Part shown: piece after piece, positions 58,249 through 64,000 of the stretch
Position numbering within the stretch: the stretch's first letter is position 1
How the letters are laid out: each line of letters begins with the position of its first letter
Position numbers and translations under genes: made by a program
Virus record (IMG/VR): IMGVR_UViG_3300036770_004943
Location: 64,001-128,000 of that record
Strand: one strand, 5' to 3'
Origin: a virus
Lineage: Duplodnaviria > Heunggongvirae > Uroviricota > Caudoviricetes
Length of the DNA stretch: 64,000 bases
Notes under the pieces: model-generated
What the model was told of the DNA's origin: nothing
The model's database searches: none
The model's input: only the letters and a program-made list of their open reading frames with translations

Positions 58249-58663
58249 ACATAAAATAAAAAGGTGGCTTCAAAAATTAGCTATAAAATACCTTAAAATA
58301 TTTTCTTTAGATAAAGAATTTGAACACGGTGAATTTGAAAATGAGGGTTTATCTATTTGTAAAAATTTAATTTCAAAAGAAGAATCTAAACTTTTAATAT
58401 CACCAATATCTAAAAAACGTTATATCAAAAATGATGATAAAAAAATATTCATTATTTTTGAACCTACAAGAACTTTAACAATAGTTAACCATCTGTATAG
58501 TTACACAATTGATTTACATCCTAAGGCTTGTGAAAGATTAATCGATATTTTTGATAACGAGGTTGAGTCTAGGAGATCAGCAATGGAAATGGAAATTAAA
58601 TCAAATGTAAAACATTCATTATCTAGTATATATAAAAACTTAATCAATGAAAAAAACACTTGA
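58235..58663 (+). CDS. hypothetical protein
   Basis: Coupled ORF. Confidence 0.6.
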   Translation: MKTFKHKIKRWLQKLAIKYLKIFSLDKEFEHGEFENEGLSICKNLISKEESKLLISPISKKRYIKNDDKKIFIIFEPTRTLTIVNHLYSYTIDLHPKACERLIDIFDNEVESRRSAMEMEIKSNVKHSLSSIYKNLINEKNT

Positions 58664-58883
58664 TATTTTATTCTACACAGGTCTTTCAATGGTGGGATTC
58701 CCAACCATTATTTTATTTTTCTTTATTTTTTTACATATATCTTCAGAAAAAAAAGAAATAAATGAAGAGGTTAGAAAAGTATATGATACTGTAACCGTTA
58801 AAAAAGTGGTAAAAATTTACGATACAGTTTACGTAAAAAAAACAAAATGGATAGAAAAAGTAAAAACCGACACAATTAATTAA
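58647..58883 (+). CDS. small membrane-anchored protein
   Basis: One transmembrane helix; DTV, DTV and DTI motifs in the exposed tail. Confidence 0.55.
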   Translation: MKKTLDILFYTGLSMVGFPTIILFFFIFLHISSEKKEINEEVRKVYDTVTVKKVVKIYDTVYVKKTKWIEKVKTDTIN

Positions 58884-59857
58884 CTGTGTGTTTCATAAAA
58901 TTTACCTATCTTATCTTTATGATAATCTTCAGCCCTCATAACCCCCGACCAAAAAGCGTGAGCTGATTCTAAACCGTAAACATCTTTTACCATGTCGGAT
59001 ATATTGTGAGCATCAATTTCCCCGTCTGAGGCATCGTAAAAAACCATATCACCGTCAATGTTAATATGAAGAGCCACTTTACTCATATCAAATTCTTCGT
59101 CTAAATAATCTAAAAAATAATCAGAAATATCTTTAATTGATTTAGTTTTAGGGATAAAATAAAATAAAGAACTTGTATTACTTTGATACCTATTAAACTG
59201 AACGTCTTCTTTTGCTGTCGTACACCAACGAGTTCCGGCACCGTAAGTACAAGAAGACCTGTGTGTTGTTGGTATAATAACTAACCAATAGTCATTATCC
59301 ATTAATTTAATGGACTCTTTTTTGATATCACTTTTAGACGGCAATTGTTTAATTGCGTTAGTTATTTCAAACAATAAATAATGGTCATAATATGAATTAA
59401 TATCTTTTGGATTTTTCATTATATTTTCTAATTCAGCTATCGGGTATCTAAATTTAAAATAAGGTGATGGAGTACCATAAGAAATTGAAAATTCTTTTGG
59501 GTTAGATATTGCACTCCAAGCCACAACCTTATCGATATTTTCTTTAGTTAATTTATTTTGTAAATTATGAAAGTTAGTAATCCCTGTAATAAGGTTTTCA
59601 ATTAACATACTAGCAACGTTAAAGGGGTGGAATTTACCTGTGGCTTTTTTAATTTCTTTTAAGGCCCACATTAAATATTTTTGGTTTCCTGAAGGATCAG
59701 AATTTACCAAATCTACAAACCACTCAGGCATTTTTCTACCTTCTTTATAAGATTGTGGTATTAAATAATCTTGGAAATCTTTAATAACAAAAGATTTAGC
59801 ATCATCTAGTCTTCCTTCCGATAAAATTTGTTCCGATATAATTTTTCTAACTAACAT
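58880..59857 (-). CDS. DPSGNxKY/YGxGTxWC family protein, late copy
   Basis: ILSE|GRLDD, DPSGNQKYLMWA, SSCTYGAGTRWCTT; late motif near 59869-59877. Confidence 0.75.
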   Translation of the reverse strand: MLVRKIISEQILSEGRLDDAKSFVIKDFQDYLIPQSYKEGRKMPEWFVDLVNSDPSGNQKYLMWALKEIKKATGKFHPFNVASMLIENLITGITNFHNLQNKLTKENIDKVVAWSAISNPKEFSISYGTPSPYFKFRYPIAELENIMKNPKDINSYYDHYLLFEITNAIKQLPSKSDIKKESIKLMDNDYWLVIIPTTHRSSCTYGAGTRWCTTAKEDVQFNRYQSNTSSLFYFIPKTKSIKDISDYFLDYLDEEFDMSKVALHINIDGDMVFYDASDGEIDAHNISDMVKDVYGLESAHAFWSGVMRAEDYHKDKIGKFYETHS

Positions 59858-59911
59858 GTTTTCTAATTAATAAATATTCTATATCTTTGTAATAATAAAT
59901 AACTTACATTA

Positions 59912-60181
59912 ATGGATTTAAAAGAATTTCTAGAAAAAGTTGTCGGTTCGGGCTTAATCCATCTTTCCGAAGGGGGGTGGGAGATAAAACCTTTTGAAAT
60001 TAATACCGGAATTAGGTGTATAACCTTTAAGGGTGAAAGAATCCAAGATTATGGTAACACGGATCCGTACATACTTGAATCGATTGTGCAAGGAATGAAT
60101 TACGCTTACGGTATGGCAATAAAAGATGTTGTTGGAAGTGGTAACGTGTCACAAAGTATAAAACCCTTTAAGTTTATTTAA
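59912..60181 (+). CDS. early hypothetical protein
   Basis: TATCTTTG at 59882-59889. Confidence 0.6.
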   Translation: MDLKEFLEKVVGSGLIHLSEGGWEIKPFEINTGIRCITFKGERIQDYGNTDPYILESIVQGMNYAYGMAIKDVVGSGNVSQSIKPFKFI

Positions 60182-60186
60182 AGGGG

Positions 60187-61044
60187 TTATTCTTTTTCAA
60201 TAACAATTTTTCTTTTACCACCTTCAGAAGTATCGTAAATAACGAAATGAACTTCAGGGTACATAGTACTTAATTCATTTTCAAGAAAATCTTGTGCTGC
60301 TTTAACATTTCTTTTGTCATCATCAGAAAATCCTAAAGATATTTTTTTGTATTTACCGGCAACCATATGTTTTTTAACACCATCAAGTAATTTTTTAACA
60401 AAATTTTCAATCGCTACTTTCTTAGCGTGTTCAGGATTTGACGCTCCGCCTTTAACTTCAAGACCAAATCTTTCACCAAATTCTTCAGAAGAAACAGGAT
60501 AAAATTCCCCTCTTTCATCTAAATACAAATCTAATAATTGTGTGGCATTAAGCCCCTGAGTTAAACTACTTGGTAATTCTTTTTGAATGTTTGTAAACAT
60601 CATTCTTTTTTCGTCGTCACTTAAAACCATTTTAACAAAAAGTTTAACCCCCTTTTTTAAAGTTTCAGGACTATGACCTCTAGCCGTATTGATAGCGAAA
60701 GGGTTTGCGTGTGTTAAAGCCTCAATAAATTTTTTGTAACTTGGTGCAAAACTACCATTATGTATAGCCTTTTCAGCGTCAACCAAGAAAGATTTGTTAT
60801 CAGTAAAGTCAGCAAATGAATTTGGTGTTGTTCTATAATTAGGGTCTGACCTAAAATGAGCAAACTCTTCAGTTGAAACTTTTACGGGGACCCAACTACC
60901 GTTTTCATTTTTTTCCATGTTAACTTTAGTGGGCATTCTTAAAATATTATCATCCCAATCAAAAACATAAGACCTTAATTTATTTTCAAGTAGTGATTTT
61001 CTAAGTTTTTTATATTGTGTTTCAGTAATTAAAAATTTTTTCAT
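60187..61044 (-). CDS. HAD-superfamily phosphatase with leader
   Basis: SLLE|NKLRSYVFDWDDN (DxD), INTARGH, KK, FSDDDKRN; late motif near 61059-61068. Confidence 0.75.
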   Translation of the reverse strand: MKKFLITETQYKKLRKSLLENKLRSYVFDWDDNILRMPTKVNMEKNENGSWVPVKVSTEEFAHFRSDPNYRTTPNSFADFTDNKSFLVDAEKAIHNGSFAPSYKKFIEALTHANPFAINTARGHSPETLKKGVKLFVKMVLSDDEKRMMFTNIQKELPSSLTQGLNATQLLDLYLDERGEFYPVSSEEFGERFGLEVKGGASNPEHAKKVAIENFVKKLLDGVKKHMVAGKYKKISLGFSDDDKRNVKAAQDFLENELSTMYPEVHFVIYDTSEGGKRKIVIEKE

Positions 61045-61104
61045 CTAAATTTGTTTATTTATAAATATTACATATCTTTGTATTATAATTAAAGATTTAC
61101 ACAC

Positions 61105-61431
61105 ATGAACTATTCGGATTATACAATTAATGAAGTTTGGAAAAATGTATCAACAGAAGAAATTATTAAAATAAAAAAAGCTGCAAAAAAACTTGTTATT
61201 TTAAATAACGAATGGTTTTTATTTCATTTGTTTATGTTGGTGTTTTCACTACCGTCTTTTGTGTTAATGTTTAGTAATTTATCTTTTGGTTTTAATTGTT
61301 TTGTAATAAACCTTGTGATTTACACACCTATATGGTTTTTCTATCTTAAAATAAAACACGTTAACACAGAGTTATTGGAACAGGCGAAAAAAAGAATAGA
61401 AGAAATGGATATTGTCTTAAAGTATCGTTAA
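61105..61431 (+). CDS. early membrane protein (two TM helices)
   Basis: TATCTTTG at 61073-61080; two hydrophobic segments. Confidence 0.6.
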   Translation: MNYSDYTINEVWKNVSTEEIIKIKKAAKKLVILNNEWFLFHLFMLVFSLPSFVLMFSNLSFGFNCFVINLVIYTPIWFFYLKIKHVNTELLEQAKKRIEEMDIVLKYR

Positions 61432-61433
61432 AT

Positions 61434-61455
61434 AAAAAACCCCATAGGGGTTTTT
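61434..61455. terminator. bidirectional intrinsic terminator
   Basis: aaaaacccc-ata-ggggttttt. Confidence 0.7.
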
Positions 61456-62869
61456 ATCTTATTTTTTGTAGGAAAACACCGTTTATATTAACACCTGTGA
61501 GTGTTATGGTTTGATTACCGGTTTCAAAATCATCATCTGGACCTAAATTTAATTTAGGTAACAGTTTATCTGTTTTTTTTAAGTCGATTGTATTATAAGC
61601 TTTATAAAAATCACTAGTATAATCACGGTATTGTCTAATTCTTTTCGGTACGTAAACGGTATAGACTCCTGCATCATCTTGGGGTAATTTAGTTCCTTTG
61701 GTTCCCGATCCGAACCATGTGGCAATTACATAACCTTCGTCACCACGTATATAACCGTAACCACTAGCTAATAATTTAACTTTATCACCTTTTCTAAGAC
61801 GTACAGGGTTTTCATTTTTTTCGTAAGGTATGTCACCTTTTTTCTTTTTAGCTATTGAGACTACAACCTTTTTTTCAACAAATCTTAAAAGTTGTTGTAA
61901 TTTTTCTGGTAAATTAGACTCTTTTATAAACTCATCCCAATTAATTTCATCATCTTCAGCATTCCAATAAGTTGTTTTTGAACCACCTTTATATAAAGCA
62001 GATAAACCACCCCTAGGATTTCTAGGAAACCTTTCAGCTGGTTTATCGACATAACCATAAAATAATTTAACTTCTTTATGCCAAGGTAAATTAATATTAA
62101 CATCTTGTGGTTCCGATCCCATTGGAATTTTAGTATGTATCGCCCATTTTCGGTTTGCAGCTTTACTAATAACAAAAATCAAATACTCACCATTGTCAGT
62201 GTAATTTTTAAAATAACTATTATCACCTCTCATAGTAACACACCATTTAGTGTTAGCACCATAAGCACAAGAAGATTGATGTGTTTTAGGGGAAACAAAT
62301 AACCATTCATTATCTTCATAAATTTTGGTTACATCTTTCGCTAATTCTTTTTCTTGAGATTGTAATTTTTTATTGGATAAAGCGTCTTTTAAAGTATTAT
62401 AGTTATATCTATTAATATCTTTAATGGGTAATGCATTAACAAATCGATGAAAATATTTTACCTCTTCAATTAAAGCGTCGGCTAAGTCTTTAAGAAAATA
62501 TTTTACCTCTATATTATCAAAATTAGTTTTTTTAACTCTGCTACTAAACTCATTGGCTAAAATATTTTGACAAATTGGTGGTTTTGTTGGATCACCCTTT
62601 TCATCAGGATAATCATGATTATCCTCTAACCACTGATATATGGTTGATGTGTTTGAGGCCCATTCCATACCTGTAATCTCGTTAACCCCTTCAGAATCCC
62701 AAGCGTTTTTACACATCCATTCAAGATACTTGTTATTACCTGATGAATCTCCAGCTGATAAATAATCAATAAATTTTGGTGGGAGACAAGGGTATTTATC
62801 CTTTGCCTGTTGTATTCTATTCTCGGTTAAGAGTTGTTCTAATATAATATATTTAAAAATATTTTTCAT
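61454..62869 (-). CDS. DPSGNxKY/YGxxTxWC family protein, late copy
   Basis: LLTE|NRIQQ, DSSGNNKYLEWM, SSCAYGANTKWCVT; late motif near 62878-62886. Confidence 0.75.
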   Translation of the reverse strand: MKNIFKYIILEQLLTENRIQQAKDKYPCLPPKFIDYLSAGDSSGNNKYLEWMCKNAWDSEGVNEITGMEWASNTSTIYQWLEDNHDYPDEKGDPTKPPICQNILANEFSSRVKKTNFDNIEVKYFLKDLADALIEEVKYFHRFVNALPIKDINRYNYNTLKDALSNKKLQSQEKELAKDVTKIYEDNEWLFVSPKTHQSSCAYGANTKWCVTMRGDNSYFKNYTDNGEYLIFVISKAANRKWAIHTKIPMGSEPQDVNINLPWHKEVKLFYGYVDKPAERFPRNPRGGLSALYKGGSKTTYWNAEDDEINWDEFIKESNLPEKLQQLLRFVEKKVVVSIAKKKKGDIPYEKNENPVRLRKGDKVKLLASGYGYIRGDEGYVIATWFGSGTKGTKLPQDDAGVYTVYVPKRIRQYRDYTSDFYKAYNTIDLKKTDKLLPKLNLGPDDDFETGNQTITLTGVNINGVFLQKIR

Positions 62870-62886
62870 CCTATCAAATAAATATC

Positions 62887-63249
62887 TTAATCGTCATCAT
62901 TATTATAAATAGACGAAGAAGGTTTTTCAGATTTTTTATGTAATTCATCTGTTAATAAGTAGTTCGTAATCTCTCTAGCCTTTTCTTGGTAGGTTGAAAT
63001 GTTAGCTTCTTGCATTATTGCCCTAACCATCATGAAAACAATAGTGTAGTTTTCATAATATTTTATAATATCATTTAATGTTATATTCGATTTTTTCTTA
63101 ATCTTCTCAAAATCCTCAATAATATTGTCGTTCATTGTCCTAATAAAATGAACTAAATCTTTATCCCGCATTAAAAGGCTAAGTTTAATGACTTCATATA
63201 ATGCTCTAACACTATATGTTTCGTTTTTTGTATTACCTGTCATAACCAA
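62887..63249 (-). CDS. late hypothetical protein
   Basis: ATATTTAT motif near 63263-63270. Confidence 0.55.
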   Translation of the reverse strand: MVMTGNTKNETYSVRALYEVIKLSLLMRDKDLVHFIRTMNDNIIEDFEKIKKKSNITLNDIIKYYENYTIVFMMVRAIMQEANISTYQEKAREITNYLLTDELHKKSEKPSSSIYNNDDD

Positions 63250-63297
63250 TTTATCTATATTAGATAAATATAGTTCTTAGAAATAAAAATGATAGGG

Positions 63298-64000
63298 TTA
63301 ATCTAATTGATTGAAGATGTCTTCAGGGTTAAAAGAATCAAAGTCTTGTTTATGTTCTTTTGGAACCAATTGAAACCATATACCGTAATGCCAATCTGTT
63401 TTAGGGTCAGTACTAAATTGATGCGCGGTTTTACTGTTATTGATTATTTCTAACCTATCTCTATTTAAAACCTTTATAATAGGGTAGAATTTACCTGCTG
63501 TTGCCTCTCTAAATCCATCATCTTCCATGATAACATCTTTATAACAATAAAGGTAGTCATCAACTTTTGGTTTTGGTTCTTCTATAGACTCATTTAAATT
63601 AGAAAAAATGTTGGATGTTTTATCAAAATCGGTATCTACATCTTTGTAGTAAACCCAATTCGGGTGTTCTTTTATTTCATCTAAATTTAAATTAATATCG
63701 TCAAAACTACCATAATCTAAAAAAGGCCACGGACGATGGCCGGTTAGATAAAAATAACCCAAACCAGTACGGTAGATAAAATCGTCAAGTTCAGTAAGAA
63801 AATCTTCTTTATCGTGTTTATCGTAATCTTTATAACCCACACTAACTAAAAATTGATATACTCTTTCAATGTCTTCTCTATTAGCCGATTCATCAAACCA
63901 TATTTTTTTCCTAAATAAAAAAGGTTCTTCTTCAGTTGATTCGGACATAAATCCGGATTCATTTATTTTATTGAAAATATCATAGGTATCAGTCGGGTTA
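63298..64000 (-). CDS. modular protein with repeated IF.x.[IL]NE linkers, 5'-partial (frame open to the window edge)
   Basis: The frame upstream of ATG 63948 reads NPTDTYDIFNKINESGF without a stop. Confidence 0.65.
   Translation of the reverse strand, partial: NPTDTYDIFNKINESGFMSESTEEEPFLFRKKIWFDESANREDIERVYQFLVSVGYKDYDKHDKEDFLTELDDFIYRTGLGYFYLTGHRPWPFLDYGSFDDINLNLDEIKEHPNWVYYKDVDTDFDKTSNIFSNLNESIEEPKPKVDDYLYCYKDVIMEDDGFREATAGKFYPIIKVLNRDRLEIINNSKTAHQFSTDPKTDWHYGIWFQLVPKEHKQDFDSFNPEDIFNQLD

Noticed and set aside
3858-63270. Reading the late motif as a canonical T4 TATAAATA promoter
   Set aside because: In that orientation it would point away from the adjacent gene at nearly every site; the consistent spacing is to the ATG on the ATATTTAT strand.
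1-64000. Stop-codon reassignment
   Set aside because: Conserved genes (MCP, portal, terminase, ClpC, ThyA, ligase) are full length in the standard code and coding density is high.
1-64000. tRNA or rRNA genes
   Set aside because: No T-loop (GTTCRA) in cloverleaf context was noticed and intergenic gaps are mostly under 140 nt; tRNAscan-SE or ARAGORN would settle it.

Overview
This is a 64-kb segment of a very AT-rich, T4-like (gp20/21/23-type head module) jumbo phage, most likely infecting a Bacteroidota host. The host call rests on repeated TTTG-N19-TAnnTTTG promoters, A-rich ribosome-binding regions without Shine-Dalgarno sequences, and a DUF4494-like gene. The window contains the head module (major capsid, scaffold, prohead protease, portal, large terminase), part of a baseplate cluster, and a sigma70-region-2-like late sigma factor. 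It also carries thyA, clpC, an ATP-dependent DNA ligase, uvdE, a type II glutamine synthetase, two glycosyltransferases and five putative free-standing endonucleases. Two promoter classes are visible: host-type early promoters (TAnnTTTG) and a phage late motif (ATATTTAT on the coding strand, mostly about 8-20 nt before the ATG). The most notable signals are four. (1) Many late genes carry a short N-terminal leader ending in [ILM]-x-E, which looks like a capsid-targeting, prohead-protease-cleaved tag on enzymes (CCA-adding enzyme, HAD, DHH, SprT, OmpA-like). (2) A five-member paralog family shares DPSGNxKYLxW...YGxxTxWC; its single early copy starts exactly where the four late copies would be cleaved. 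(3) A CCA-adding enzyme gene is split into two polypeptides at its flexible loop by a GIY-YIG cassette and is fused to a 2H phosphoesterase. (4) Several proteins look like protease-processed polyproteins. No tRNA, rRNA or CRISPR array was recognised. All family assignments come from reading motifs by eye; no database search was run.
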